64,000 bases of DNA. Source: Callorhinchus milii (taxonomy: Eukaryota). Both the position numbers and the translations under genes were made by a program. How positions within the stretch are numbered: the stretch's first letter is position 1; each line of letters starts with the position of its first letter. This document shows positions 28,605-42,516 of this stretch, piece by piece. The stretch lies in NCBI RefSeq assembly GCF_018977255.1, contig NW_024704742.1:115508001-115572000 (forward strand), read 5' to 3'. The notes beneath the pieces are model-generated. The model ran no database searches and was not told where the DNA came from. It saw nothing but the letters and a program-made list of their open reading frames with translations.

Positions 28605-29230
28605 GTTTTACATAAAATAAAGTTAGGTAGAAAGGTTGTTGAAGCAGAGAGTAGAGCTAAAAGGTTGTTTTTTTTAGTTGGAGGAAGATGGTTAGTTGTG
28701 TGTCACTGGGCTCGGCCTCTAATTTTCTCCATATATATATCATTGACCTTGACTTGAATATAGGGAGTGCAGTATCTAAAGTGTGCAGGTGATACCAAGC
28801 TAGGAAGTTCAGTCTAGTGAATAGAGATGAGGATGGAAAGGCTGCAGGATGATTTCAGCAGATTAGCATAATGGGCTGATCAGTGGCAAATGAACTTTAA
28901 AGAAGTGAATTGCAAGAAGGGAGAAGTTAATCCCATTGATAGGGGAGACAGTGAATAGGAGACATTGTTATAAAATAGCCACAAAAACAGCGAAAGGAGA
29001 ATTTAGGAGAATATTTTTCACCCAGAGAATTGTTGGGATGTGAAATGTCCTGCTGAGTAGGGTGATTGGTGGCAGAGGCTTTCAAGAGGGAAGTAGATAA
29101 ACGCATGCTGTAAGGGAAATGGGAATAATGTGAGGCGATGGGATTAAATTGATCTCCTGGTATGTGAGCCAGTGCAGACATATTGGGCTCAATGACGTTC
29201 CCCTGCGCTATAGATTTCTATGTTTCTAAA
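28605..29230 (+). mobile_element. Old, degenerate CR1 LINE 3' fragment
   Basis: GATACCAAGCTAGG, TGGGCTGATCAGTGGCAAATGAACTTTAA, TTTTTCACCCAGAGAATTGTT and a CR1-type 3' tail. Confidence 0.75.
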
Positions 29231-29344
29231 TTGTATATAATGTCTGTTTTACATCATAGTCAGGTTCCTTATGCAAACAGTGTACTGCATTACTGCCGAC
29301 TGTGGTTTTTAATTTATATCTACTGTTTCTACTTTTACCTGCAG

Positions 29345-29437
29345 CAAAAAGATATCTACTGTCTGATAATGTGATTCAGCTGCTAGAGTTCCAAAGAAGG
29401 AAAATTGTTGTTGCCAATCAGATTCATGTTAGTCGAG
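29345..29437 (+). CDS. PTCD2: PTCD2 exon 2
   Basis: cctgcag|...|gtaag; 93 nt; KRYLLSDNVIQLLEFQRRKIVVANQIHVSR, compare human [24 protein letters not shown]. Confidence 0.93.
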
Positions 29438-30094
29438 GTAAGATGCATCAACGTTTTGTCTTATGAAAGACTATAGCACTGTGAGGAGGCAATGACAGTG
29501 TTAAGATGGTCCTTGAAAACCTCACTGTAATTGCCACAGATCTGATAGTTGGTGAGGCTATTTGTTTAAAGGGGACATTGGTATCTAATCAAATGCAATA
29601 ATTCATTGATTTAGCCCACTGTTTGCTTGAGAGAGCAGCTTAGGCAAGATTATAATCATAGTGTAATTCTACCACTAACAATCTCTGAATAGACGTGCAT
29701 TAAAATAATTATTGCTTTTTTAAAGTTGCCGATAAGATGACATTCCACTAAATGCTGCGCTTTATATGTACCGAGCGGTCTGGTTTGGTGTTTGCACTCT
29801 TCTGGTGTCTGACTCATTTGCCTAGACAACAAATCTTACAGAAAGATGCACCTTCCAGAGACTTTTGTTCTTAGAGGTTTTATTTAGAGTCTTTCCCTTC
29901 TCTCTGGATATGAAGTAAATTAGGAACAATCCGTGATGTTGAGGACTTGTACTTGCTTTGTTGTAAATAGTGGGCTGCAACAGCAGGTTAGCCCTTTTTC
30001 TGGACTTTGTTCTGTTTTTATACATCTGACTTGGAGACAGAATGAAGAGTGCTGAGCCTGCAATGCATTTTAAGAACTGGAAGTTTTTTTTCAG

Positions 30095-30224
30095 ATCAGT
30101 ACTTCAAAATGATAGAGGAAAAACTGGAAAAGGATCAATTAATTCTCAAGAATGATTTGAAAGTGTTATTACATTTGTGCCAGACGCTGGCAGATGTAGA
30201 AATAGCAAAGAAAACCATTTATAG
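30095..30224 (+). CDS. PTCD2: PTCD2 exon 3
   Basis: tttttcag|...|gtatgt; 130 nt; DQYFKMIEEKLEKDQLILKNDLKVLLHLCQTLADVEIAKKTIYR. Confidence 0.95.
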
Positions 30225-30717
30225 GTATGTTTCTGAGAATTTTAAACCTGTTGTTGAAATATGTATTTCATTGACTGTTCTAAGTGTTTCCATTTTATAT
30301 CTAGAATACTTGAGTAATTATTTTCTTGCTCGTTCCCCTTCCCTCCCCCCCACACAGACTCCTTCTAAAATAATGTTGTTTGGCCAACAAAGTCTGTGGT
30401 TAAAGCAATTTTAACAAATTAAATGTAGTCAATTTCTATTTTTATTACCATTGCATTCATTATGGTAATGAAATACATTGAAAGTTACAGGGTGAGCATA
30501 AAGCATAATCTCTGACGTACAAATATAATTTTTCCTAACTGACCAATGGGATAACCACTTCAGTGGTACAGTAGATCTCTATTCACCATCTTCTTACTGG
30601 ATTATAGAAAATAATAGAGATCATCAGTAATTACTGACCTTGAGATTCATTCATCTTTAATTGAGAATCAGGCCAACAACCTTAATTGGTTGGGACCAAA
30701 GTTTCTGATTTTGAGTT

Positions 30718-31410
30718 ATTTTCTGTCTTTTCTTCCGCACATCCAAGCCATGACCCGCTCTGCCTTCCCTCACCTCCGTAACATCGCCCGACTCCGCCAC
30801 TACCTCACCCCTCAGGCCGCTGAAACTCTTGTTCATGCCTTCATCACCTCCAGGCTCGACTATGCAAACTTCCTGCTTGTCGGCCTTCCCAACTCCTCCC
30901 TCCACAGGCTGCAGATAATCCAGAACTCAGCAGCCCATGTCCTCTCCTGCACCAAACTCCATGACTCCATCTCCCCCATTCTTGACCAACTCCATTGGCT
31001 CTCTATCCTTCAGAGGATCCAGTTCAAAATCCTGATCCTCACCTACAAATCCCGATCTCTGTGGCCTCCTAACCCCCTACCAACCCGCCCGCTCCCTCCA
31101 CTCAGCCTGCTCTGGCCTGCTCCACGTCCCCCGACACACCCGCCCCACCATTGGCGGGAGAGCCTTCAGCCACTCTGCTCCCAACCTCTGGAATTCCTTG
31201 CCCCAATCACTCCGCCTCGGTCCCTCCTTAGCCTCCTTCAAGTCCTGCCTCAAATCTTCGACCATACCATTGGTCGCCCCCCTTCCCCTCCCCTCCCTTC
31301 TTCCCCTGACCCCAGCTCTGGTCTGAAATGCTGTACGCTGTCCAGCGCCTTGGGACATCCTCCCGACGTGAAAGGCGCTATACAAATGTAATCTTGTTGT
31401 TGTTGTTGTT
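30718..31410 (+). mobile_element. L2 3' fragment
   Basis: HLRNIARLRHYLTPQAAETLVHAFITSRLDY; (GTT)n tail. Confidence 0.92.
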
Positions 31411-31601
31411 ATGTCCACTTCTCTTTCTTCTCGAAATAAGAAAAATAATATTCCACAAAGACTTGTGTTATGCTATGCAGGGTAGTCCCATTTGGGTAAG
31501 AAATGATGTAACTACAAAAAAGGAGTTGGCAGAAACCGTATGATACATTTTGTGCAAGTCAGTGATCAAGAACCATATTTTATTTTGTATCCTGCTCACA
31601 G

Positions 31602-31719
31602 GTACCACTCTGAAAACAGAAATATGGCATTTGGGGAATTTAAGTTTGGACCTCTGTTTGTACGACTATGCTATGAGTTGGGTCTAGAAGAAACAGTAGA
31701 AGAGATTGTGAAAGATCAG
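31602..31719 (+). CDS. PTCD2: PTCD2 exon 4
   Basis: cacag|...|gtaac; 118 nt; [39 protein letters not shown]. Confidence 0.96.
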
Positions 31720-31989
31720 GTAACTCTTTTCAATCTCAGCAATATGTTAAAAACAGTTCAGAGTCTTGCTTTTCATTGCTGAAACATTGATGCTTGAGAC
31801 CAGTTGGAGTAATTTGGACCCACTGGTAGATTTATGCCCCTTCACCTGGGCCACTGTCCTAAGATCCTCCTGGTTCTTCGGCTGTTTTGGGGACTTGTAC
31901 TCAATTGTGGATTTTGCGTCTGCTTCGTGTTTGTGGCAGTCAGTTAGGTGCAGGGCTTCCGACAACTTTTCTGGTTGGTCGGGCTGGGA

Positions 31990-32180
31990 TGGCTAGTTAC
32001 CAGTGACCCGGCCTTCCTCTCTTGTTCGGCTCTTCCTCTGGCACTTTTTGGTTTGGATACACACATGGGTGTACTTTTGGCTGTGTTTGGTGGGCCAGAT
32101 GTTTTTGCATGGGGCTTGCATCCGACAAACTGTCGGGGTTTGAGGATGGATCATCGGTCCCAAAAGGTTGGGAACCACTG
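31990..32180. mobile_element. Possible hAT (Charlie-like) DNA transposon end
   Basis: Terminal AAAAGGTTGGGAACCACTG resembles hAT-Charlie inverted-repeat ends; partner end not identified and the left boundary is approximate. Confidence 0.35.
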
Positions 32181-35100
32181 CTCTAGGGGATTATTATTAA
32201 TAATAATAGTATAACAATAATAATCATTAGACTTGATATAATATCTTTAATGTTAGGAGCACTTCTGTCACTGCCCTGTGGAACTCCATTCCGCAGTCCC
32301 TCTGCCTCGGCCCCTCCCTTGCCTCCATCAAGACCTGTCTCAAGACCCTCCTCTTTGACCGTGCCTTCGGTCATCTTCCTTCCCCTCCTGGCCTCCCCGA
32401 TCCCGACCCCCAGCTCGGGTCCGAAACACTGATTGTCCAGCACCTTGGGTTGTCCTCCTGACGTGAAAGGTGCTATACAAATGTAATTTTGTTGTATTGT
32501 TTGTTGTACTATAAGGTATAGTGACTTGTGTATTTTGCAGCCAATTTGCTCACAGCAATGTCCGACAAACAGCCACGAAATGAATAACCAATTTTATCTG
32601 GCAAATTTTTAGCCAAGACACAATAAAAAATCCCTTCTCGTTTTCACTATTGTCATGGGAGGTTTACCGTCCACCTGAACAGGAAGAATTGGTTTGATGT
32701 CTCATCTGAAGGATGGTGCCTTCAAAATGCAGCACACCCTCAGGACTACATTAGAGTGTCAGCCTAGACTAAACAAGTTATTTCAAAGTCGCGATGTAGG
32801 GCTTGAACCCACAGCCTTCTAGGTCAGAGGCACGAGTGCTACCTAATGAGACAGTGGGGAATTATTCAGGGTTCACTACATTGTGAGCGCGGCTGTTCTT
32901 AAATGAGACAGTAATTTAACTAATGTCTCATCTGCCTGTTTTTAGATTGATGTTAAAGATATCATGACACCATTAAAAAGAGAAGGGACTTTCTTCCGAA
33001 GCCTGACCAAAGATTCTGCTGATTATTTGGTATTTCACCCAACTCATGTTTGTTTGTGGGACATTGCCGATGCAAATAGCTGCCTACAAAATAAAGCACT
33101 AAACGGTTGCATTGCTTGAAAGTAGTTGCTTGTGAAGCATTTTATCTTGTTTCCATGTGATAAGGCATCATAAAAATGCAACTTACTTCCTTCCTTCCTT
33201 CCTTCCTTTGTCTCTGAGTGAGAAACCCGTGTTCCCTTTCTTCCATCGTCCCCTTGTTCCCCTTCTCCAAGATACTGTATTTTGGTTCCTACTAAAACAC
33301 TTTTATTCGCTCTACATATTTGGTCTTCCACGATAAGTATGCCTCTTAACAACATTCCCTTGTTTTCTCTCACTGGCCAGAAGAAGGTGAGGAACAGTGT
33401 TGGCTACATCCCATGGCATTAATACTCCTAGAAATACATAGAGCAATGGGTCAGCCAAAGGCCACAAATGAAAGGGAGGTGGGCTGCAAAGGCATTCAGG
33501 CTGTATTATGAGCGCCACTGCCCGAGAACAATAAGAGTATTGTAGGAAGAGGAATGCAGCACAGTTCAGCAATGTCCTTTTCATTTCGCATTCAGGACCC
33601 ACAAAGCGTTTTCAATCTCCCACTTGCCGTGGTGCTGAACTTGTTTCCTCCTCCTCCCTGCTGTAACCACAATGAGTCCCACTTCATTGGAAATCTCATG
33701 CTAAAATCCTGCAAGAGTAGTACATTCGTGCTTTGAATGCAATTCATATTTATTGGAGGGAGAGAGCTGCAGAGAAGTGGGAACTTTTAATCTTATTAAA
33801 CTTGTTCAGTTGATCATAATTTTGAATGCCTTTGAACTAATTTGAGCAAATTTATCTTGAGCAATCTCGTGCCCAGAAGTATCTCATGATATCAAAGTGC
33901 TTCATAATGTATTTAACTAGCAGAACAGCTGCTCGGCTCAAAAATGATTCGCACTTTTGAATTAATTTGTTAAGCTCTGTTTGTCTTTCTGTATTGATTT
34001 GCATGGGATAAACAGTGGATGAGTAATCCTCCGTATGTTTCATTTCCAATTAAGCTGGGTGCCTCTTTGCAGTAAAACATTGACATCTGGGAGAATTGAT
34101 TCAATAGCTTTTACTTGGATGGAGGTTATTGACGATTCCGGATATTTTGTTCGTCATAAAAGGGTCACAATTGAGTGGCCTTGTGTACTTTGTTTGATTT
34201 TTATTACATAACCAGTGTATCATGGACCTTTTTAGCATATGTTCTTGCACTGCCTGGCATCATGGCACAATGCTGCTGTATGTTAATTAAATATTTTCTT
34301 ACCCCCAACAAACCAAGGTTGCATTAAGTTATATTGGATTTCTGCCAAGACCTTTTCTAATATCCAAACTTTGGTGAACCGCACTGATAAAAACTCTTCT
34401 ACAAAAGAAGGTGTGGAGCAGAGACCATTCAGTCCTTAAAGATAATAAAAATAAGCTTTGCATTTGATATAGTGCCTCATCACATTGTTGAGACATCTCA
34501 AAGTGCTTCACAGGATTTTATTGTGAATTGTGGGGACTGCTTTTTTAGGCAAACGTTCTGCATTCATTGGATTGCACTGCATAGAGTTGCAATTCTCTGA
34601 TTTCCTAGTCCTATCTGGATTTCATCTTAGAGAATGGTTTTCCATTTGATAACTACTCCAGCAGTGGATGTGAATTTCTAATGCAAAATCCCGTTGTAAA
34701 CTCACACTGCCAAGGTACGTAAATTTCCAGACCTGCAGAGAGAGTTTGTGTCACCAAGTCACAACTCTCCCCAACCCCCTTCCAAAAACTCCAGTAAAAT
34801 AAATTTGCCCAATTGAGATTATCCACTAAGTGGCAGCTCAGTCCATAATTGAAGAAAGAATTTCTGTCTTATTATTCTGATTAATGTCAAGATATACTCA
34901 TTTCTACTTTGTCGGTGCTCATTATTTCAAACACACAATTAGCTTCTGGTACCCACCATTTTGCCAAAGAGAGTAAGCTTTTTCTCCTTGACTATTCTCA
35001 CACAGTGGTGCAGGTCCGTGAGTTGCATTTGATGCTCTCCACTGCAGCAATTTCTCATTGACCAAAACTGAATGCTGGTCTCCTAATGTACTCCATAAGA

Positions 35101-35673
35101 GATGCTAGGAGATGCATAATGAGTTACAAGATATGTTTCATCGAGCACTTCTGATAGCATCATTCACTGTGAGAGTGGACTTAAGCAATTTGTGTATGTG
35201 AGTGGAAATCCAAGATAGCTGCTTTAAACTCTACTAGCTATTATCTATTCTTCATAATGTATACCAATTGTTTATTAGTTTTTTGTTTTTACTGGTTCTT
35301 ATCCAAATAGTATGCTGAACAAACTAGAAGCATTCAATTCTAAAGTAATTATATTGCCACAGGAATTGACTCATATTACATGTATCCATATATATGTTTA
35401 TATAGGCTGCATACCTGATTATTTTGGCATTTATTACTTTGGCATTAGGAAATTCTTGGTTCACAGTTATACAACCTCTAAGGATTGCAATTGTCTATTC
35501 ACTTATTCAAAACGTAAGATTTTGTTTGTTTTTCACAACCGTTTAATTTTGTTCAGAAATTTCCGAAATTAAATGGGCGGTGATAAATGCAGGTTATACA
35601 GTATATACTGTAATTTGTGTGTATTTTACTGTATTATGGAAATGGATTCATTGGACTTTTTTTTGCCCCCAAG

Positions 35674-35752
35674 AATCTGAAGGGTTTTTTCTCTGACTCA
35701 ACCTCATTCAACATTGCAATGGACATGCTGTTTACGAAGGGCAGCTATGAAA
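35674..35752 (+). CDS. PTCD2: PTCD2 exon 5
   Basis: ccccaag|...|gtaagt; 79 nt; [26 protein letters not shown] (PPR motif start). Confidence 0.95.
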
Positions 35753-37052
35753 GTAAGTGAGCTTTGATAGGTGCTGACACTGCCATCCAAAAATCACTCC
35801 AGTGGTGCCTCTACTGTGTGACCACCAGAGGTGTAATGAGCCTTTTCTCCAGAGAATTACTTGTACAATACGCAGTCACAACTTCTTGGCTCAGACACAA
35901 GATTTCATCAGAGCAGGACTCTTGTGGCTCTACGTGACATACAGGGCTTTCCCTGGAGAAAATTTATACGGCAGAGATGCTTTTGACCTCATTCTGCAGT
36001 TGGAGTTATGTTTAGACCCCAGTGTGAAATGAATACTTCACAGTATATATACAATGTTGATTTTTGCATGAATCAACTATAGATTTTTTAAAAAAATAAG
36101 AAACCACTATCAGGAAAAAGCACTGATCAAAAATAAACAGTGGAAAATTTTATGTCCATACTAACATCTTTGGGAGAGAACTTCCACCTCGGTCTAGACT
36201 TAGATTTTGTTTTCTTCATATTCTAAGTGCTTAGTAGTTTATACGTTCTGAGACGCTAGCCCACGTGAAGGGTGCTTTATAAATGCAAGTTGTTGTTATT
36301 TTAGAATGTACACATTTTGGACATTTTTTCAGTTGCTTAATTTTAAAGTTGGTTTGAAGGAACTTACAGAAAACTAGCTTCTAAATTGAGGCTAAATTTG
36401 CCAAAATTTGCATGCTCCAAAATGCAAAGTAAAAAGTCTTTGATTAAACTCAGATGTCATTTCTCCTCTGAGTTTTTATATTGAGAATGCAAAGAGAAAA
36501 TGCCTTCTCTTATTGAAAACTGTCATTGGATCTTTAATTCCCACATGGATTGGAAGATGGAACCGCAGTTTAACTTCTCATCTGATGGATGGCACCTCTT
36601 GCAGTGCTCCTTGAGCAATGTAACCTTAGTCTGTACTGTGAGCTCAAACCTGATGTGGGCTTTCAACCCACATTATTTTGATGAAGTGCTACCAGCTGAG
36701 CCAAGCTGTAAATGCCAGGAATGTAAGAGTTTAAATTGAAGTGTAAAGGTGTTTTAAATTAACACTTATTTGATATGAAAATTAATTGATTTCAACAAAT
36801 TGTGTGCGTACCATGAAAGGGTATGAAGAAAACTTGAGGAATTGGGATTAGAGTTCATGGCTACTTTGAGGAGTTTGTTCTGGGAAAGGATGGATGGTCA
36901 AGTGACCACCCGTGTCGCATGATCTGTGATTTTATTGTACTGTAATTGATTTGAAAATACTCGTCAATTATTTTCAGAATAATTAAGTAAAGTGCTTATG
37001 CAGTCGTTAATGAGTTTATTCTAATTTTATTAAATTTATGTGATTTGGAAAG

Positions 37053-37144
37053 GTGCTCTGGGAGTTCTATTGGAAATGAAGAATCAAGGAATAAAATTCA
37101 ATAATGACACTTACACATTGGCATTTGCTATCTGCTACAAACTG
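37053..37144 (+). CDS. PTCD2: PTCD2 exon 6
   Basis: ggaaag|...|gtaagt; 92 nt; [31 protein letters not shown]. Confidence 0.95.
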
Positions 37145-37256
37145 GTAAGTAATTAATTGGCAATGCATTAGCCAGTGGTTCAAATCTATGTATTGTGTTT
37201 TATAAGTAGAAATCTGATTTGTTAGAAGGTGCCTAAATATCATTGTTGTTAATGTT

Positions 37257-37633
37257 GTGGAGTCCTGTGGCTCATTGGTTAAAGCACACGTCTCGCAAGC
37301 GAGAGAACTGGGTTTGATTCCCGGCCTGGTGAAATGTTGGGCAAGTTTACTTACTCCATACTCCTCTATTTACCTAGCAGTCAATAGGTTGTTAGTCGAT
37401 TGGCGGATCGCTTTTCCAGGGGTAAAAAATTCCTTCAAAAAAAAATAATGAATTGGTCAGTTCAATGCGCGACTGTTCGTGGGGCACTGCTGTGTGCAAA
37501 TGGCTGCAGCGTTTCGCCCATAAATATACAATCAATTCACTTTACAGTATATTCTGTGAAGCACTGAGACGTCTCGAAGACACGATAAGGCGTTATATAA
37601 AATGCAAGGATTATTATTAGTAGTAGTATTATT
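37257..37633 (+). mobile_element. Related SINE subfamily with a longer middle segment
   Basis: GTGGAGTCCTGTGGCTCATTGGTTA head, same core and (ATT)n tail. Similar minus-strand copies at 20200-20490 and 52563-53114. Confidence 0.85.
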
Positions 37634-38444
37634 AAGTGTATTAGCACAATTGACACAAATTCTAACCCACTTTTCAGAAGGATTATTCAGTGATGCTCTG
37701 GGTTCCTCTGGAACCTGCAACATCTCAGAACATTGCACCTATGTGCCTGGGTGTCTGCAGTGGCACTTAATGTTTTGAAGGAAACCAAAGCGCCCAGTGT
37801 GTGTGTATGTATGTATGTGTATTGTGCTGTGGGTCTAGTAACCGGGGTGAGGAAGGGGAGTTGAGAGGTTGGCCTCTAGAGAGTACAAGTTAAGAGTTCA
37901 CGATGGCTTTTGAGACACTGCACAAACCACATGTTTTCCTGATGCTGACTGAACACAACTTAATTTATCTACTTGGGATCCGTGGAACCGCAATTGGGGA
38001 TATCAATCACACCTTAATCATGTTGTCTGGTCTAGGACCAGCACCAGAGCTCATACTTTTAATGACATGAAAAAGCAAGGAGTATACTATTGAGGGCTGC
38101 ATCTTCCAGAGGAAAATTGTGTAAAAATTCTCCCGGGTACACAAAAAAGTATACTGAAACCCCATTTTTTTCTCATCTTGAGGCTTATTTGAGGTGTGTT
38201 AATTTAAGACTAGTCCTCTAGTTGTATATTCAGCGCCCAAGTTAAACACCCTACTTGCATGGAGTTTCTCCTTGATGCCTCAAGTCCTGTTTTCTCCAAT
38301 TAAAACACGTTCAGTTCTGGTACATCTGTATGTTTGCTCGCTGTCGTGCTGTCCCACCTAAGAGGCATAGCTCCCTGTGTAGATCTGTTTTTTCTTTGGA
38401 CTCCAAATTTGTTTCCTCATAAAAATATTATGGTTTTCACACAG

Positions 38445-38558
38445 AACACTGCTGAATCGTTCAAGATCTGTACCATGCTGCTTGAGGAGTCGTTAGAAAA
38501 AGGAAACCTCATCCCTCGGCATGCATACTGCTTCGCTGTGGCTCTTGCAATCAACCAG
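38445..38558 (+). CDS. PTCD2: PTCD2 exon 7
   Basis: cacacag|...|gtatt; 114 nt; NTAESFKICTMLLEESLEKGNLIPRHAYCFAVALAINQ. Confidence 0.95.
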
Positions 38559-38676
38559 GTATTTTTTTTTACGCAGTCCAGTTGCAATGAAAGTGTAAAC
38601 GGATAATGGGACTTTTTAATCCAGAGTTGCATGTACAGTGTAGTTCCATTTTCTTCAATGAATAGTTGAATAGTCT

Positions 38677-38810
38677 TCAAAACACAAAATACTGCAGATG
38701 CTGGAATCTGAAACAAAAACAGAGAGCTGGGAAAACTCAGCAGGTCAGGCAGCATCTTTGGAGAACGAAAAGTGAGTCAACGTTTCGGGTCTATGACCCT
38801 TTGTCAGACG
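38677..38810 (-). mobile_element. Second copy of the same Penelope-type repeat
   Basis: Minus strand GTCTGACAAAGGGTCATAGACCCGAAACGTTGACTCACTTTT...AGATGCTGCCTGACCTGCTGAGT, homologous to 50518-50614. Confidence 0.7.
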
Positions 38811-41522
38811 ATGTTGATTCACTAACTAATTTTATTTGGGGTATTATTGGCCGGGACACCGGAGAGAAAAACTCTTTTCTCTTAGTGGCATGGGATCTTT
38901 AATGTCCACCTGAACAGGCAGACCGGGTCTTGGTTTAATTTCTCACCTGAAGGACAGCACCTACAACAATGGAGCACATCCTTCCCTAAAAGCTGATCTT
39001 TTTCACATGGGGATCTCTGCAGGAATGGCACTTTACATCCCCAGTTGTTCTTTAAGCTACAGTATTCCCATGCAGAGGTGCTTTTTCAGCCTCAATATGT
39101 GTTTTCCTCTGTTTCTATGTTTAAAGTACATTGATGCCCCTCACTACAAAAACAAATTTTTTGGGGACAATGAAGTAATCAGATTCAGATTACTTTTCAG
39201 ATTCTCTGATAGTTCAGCAAATTTATCCAGTGAGTAACTGAAGTATGTAGACCGGGGAAGGTTCGAGGGTCAATTCCTGGACTGTACTGTTTTTTTTGGG
39301 GGGGGTCAGCTGGGTGTCTGGCACATGCGCAAACCCATCACTTAAAAGTATCCAAACCAAACTGAGATTTCCATGCCTCCCACCTACACATGATAATTCC
39401 AGAGACAGATTGTTGAAATGGAATGTGCACTCTCCCTGTTTACCTAATTCCTGAAAGTACTAGGCACAGGGTAAAAGTTGGATTAAGGAGAAAAATATCA
39501 TCCAGAATTCTTGCTCCTGATCACTAACTGGAGATGCATATACTTGGGACATCAGAAGAAGGCAATGTTGATCTGGGATGTTGAGCTCTCAGAGCAAATA
39601 ACCTACTAATGTTTACTGCCAAGACTGACACATATGACTAGTGGCCACTTGGGAAAGACACCAGAAAGGGCCTGTGAATTTATACCACAGTAGAAGAAGA
39701 AAAAATAGTTTAAAAACCTTAAGGAAAAGAGAGGAATTTGTTTGTAAAAAAAAAAGCTTTTCATAAAGAGCCTGGAGCAGATAGTGACATAAAAAGATCT
39801 GTTTGGAATTTAGCAAAGGACCTATTAGTATTTGAACAGATTTACCATGTTCCATTGAACATCCTGAACACAAGATTAGCCTAACCTCTCTTATTGCAGA
39901 GTGCTTAACCAGCTTCCATAGGAGTAATTGTGAACCAAGAACTTAAAAAGGAATTTGCATTTTATAGCACCTTATCATGTTCAAAATGATTCGAAGTGTT
40001 TCACAGATAATTTTTCTCAAGAGAAGAGAGTGCTTCTTTTGTAGGCAAATGTGACAGCTGTAAGTGCAAGTGACTAGTAAGTGACTAGTAAGTGCAACAA
40101 ACATCTTACGTACATCCGTGAGATGAATGATTAATTAATCTGGAGGATTGCAATTTTTGTACATTCAAAATTCAGTATCTTGTAAATGTGTTTGCCCTGC
40201 TTTGCTTATAATTGTCAAAGTTTTATTCTTGGTAATGTGACACCTAAGAAGTCATATCAGTTTGTGCAGAGTATCTGGTCATGCCCAGTGAAACAATCCA
40301 AAGGTCAGATAGCAGACAGTGAGCAATATTGATAGGGAAAAGAACATAACAATTAAATGCAAATTGATCACAGCAGGAGGATAAAGTCACTGACACAATC
40401 ACTGCCTGGCATGTACTGTGCAAGAGAAGAGCCACTGCACAATATGTTAATCTGTATTGATTTTCAAAATTTTGCAGTAAGCAATCACTTAACCGGTGAC
40501 ATTGGGAGTGGGAGGTTGAGGGACCAGTGCAGAATTGCTTTCTTCTGACTCCTGTTTGTGACCTAAATTAGAGTATGTGCAAAGCTTTGGATGAATGGCA
40601 GTAATAGGGTTTAACAACTCTTTTAGATGAAGGTTGTGCACATTTTACTGACACCATGATGTGAGGCCTGAAATACACAGTAATGGTGCAACAGTAGACA
40701 TTTTCACTCTCCAAACGTCCCCATGATTTATTCTTGGGAGGTTTGTGCTCAGTACAGTGGCTCTGCCTCCCAGGAAATATAAATCTAATGGGGACACTGG
40801 GAAAGTGAAAAGGTCTGCTGTTGCACCATTTTGCGCTCATCCTTTGAGGAACGGAGCGATGTAGCTGATGCTGTTCTGAATCTCTCCCTGATTTATTCAT
40901 GGGGGAAAGATGCAGCTGAGTACAGGAATACCAAATCCTCTGTTGGTTGGGATCAATATAGACAGCACTACCGATCTAAGGAGGTTGATCTGACCTAAAC
41001 GGCGAATGGAGAAACTGGAATATGGGTCTACCTTGAGCTCTTGGTCACTAAGCTCTGACCAGGAGCGGCTTGCCCACTGTCTCCAGCTCAGGTGCCCATT
41101 CAGCTGGGTAAAGCACTTTGACACATGAAAAGCATTGTATAAATGTAAATTGTACGGCATTTTCTATCTGGAGAATTGTTGGCCACTACTAGGAACAACT
41201 CCTTTCTCTTATTGAATATTGCATTTAACATCCATCTGAACTGGCCACCGCATCTCGATTTAATGTCTGATCCACAGGATGTTACAAATCCAATTTGAAA
41301 GATTTATGAGGAAATGCAGTTTCTTTGATTTGAAATTATATTCTGCTTTTTGAAACCTTCTCAGTATGACTGAAAGGGTCTGAAGTACATAATAATAATA
41401 ATAATATTAAGTACTTTTTGTTGAACACTTATTGTTGGAAGCGTGACTGCGGTATACGAGATCTGCCATGAAGATTTGCTTTGGAGCAGCTAACGTTTTC
41501 TTCCCTCTTTAATATTTTTTAG

Positions 41523-41597
41523 AATGATGTGACAAAAGGACAGTCTATTTTTTCGCACATCTTGAATGCAGACAACAAAATCTGTTGTAACCTTCAT
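41523..41597 (+). CDS. PTCD2: PTCD2 exon 8
   Basis: tttttag|...|gtaagt; 75 nt; NDVTKGQSIFSHILNADNKICCNLH. Confidence 0.92.
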
Positions 41598-42402
41598 GTA
41601 AGTCCTTCTCTGTTAATTGTATTAATCTGAGCACTAGTTATACTGAATGTATTGGTTCAGGTCAGAAAAAAATGGCTTGGACAACAGGATGTAGTGTTTG
41701 GCTTCTTCCTTCTTGCAGCAGGACTGGTGCTAACAGCAGGCTCGCTCCAAAGTAAATGAAGCATTTCTCTGAAGCTAAACCCGTGCTGCACCAAACTTGG
41801 TGAAAAAAGAATGAAACAATGTTCTCATTACAGTTTTAAGACCTCAAGACTCAAGACCTTCTTGTTCAACCACACCTTTGTTCACCCTCCTACCCCCACC
41901 CTCCCTGCCTCCACCCCTTGTTACCCTCCACCCCTCCTATTCCCAACACCCAGCTCAGTTGCAAATTCTTGACTGTCCAGGGCCTTGGGATGTCCTCCCG
42001 ACATAATTTGTTGTTTTAAAAAAAAGGTTCAAACTGTCCTACTCTCCTACCACCACCACCACCACCATCAAATCATTAGTGATAAGAAAACATGGAACAA
42101 TAAAAGCCCATTTGGCCCTTCAGGCCTGCTCCTCTCACAGACTACACAGCAAACTATACTGTGGACTACACCAAATGTCCTGGGAGGACAATTCTCTATA
42201 ACACTTTCTTCCCCCACTCTTAAATCCCCAGCCACTGGTCCCAGAATCAACCATGTCACTTTTCTCTGAATGCTCATTAGTTTCCTGTGTGAAGGTCAAG
42301 TGCCCAATACTGCACCAGTGATCAATGTCAGGTTAGAATAATGTATTTCTCATTGAATATCCTGAGGGCTGTGTGTAATGGATCTGTCCTACATTTCTTC
42401 AG

Positions 42403-42516
42403 ATCCTCATACTGGCGATGTCAGGAGCACAACAGGAGTTATGCTCAGTGTTAGAATCTGCGGTTATAAGCTATGTCTCTCCATTTGTGAAGAAGATGGA
42501 ATTTTCACAAGAATTG
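42403..42516 (+). CDS. PTCD2: PTCD2 exon 9
   Basis: ttcttcag|...|gtaggt; 114 nt; ILILAMSGAQQELCSVLESAVISYVSPFVKKMEFSQEL. Confidence 0.9.
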
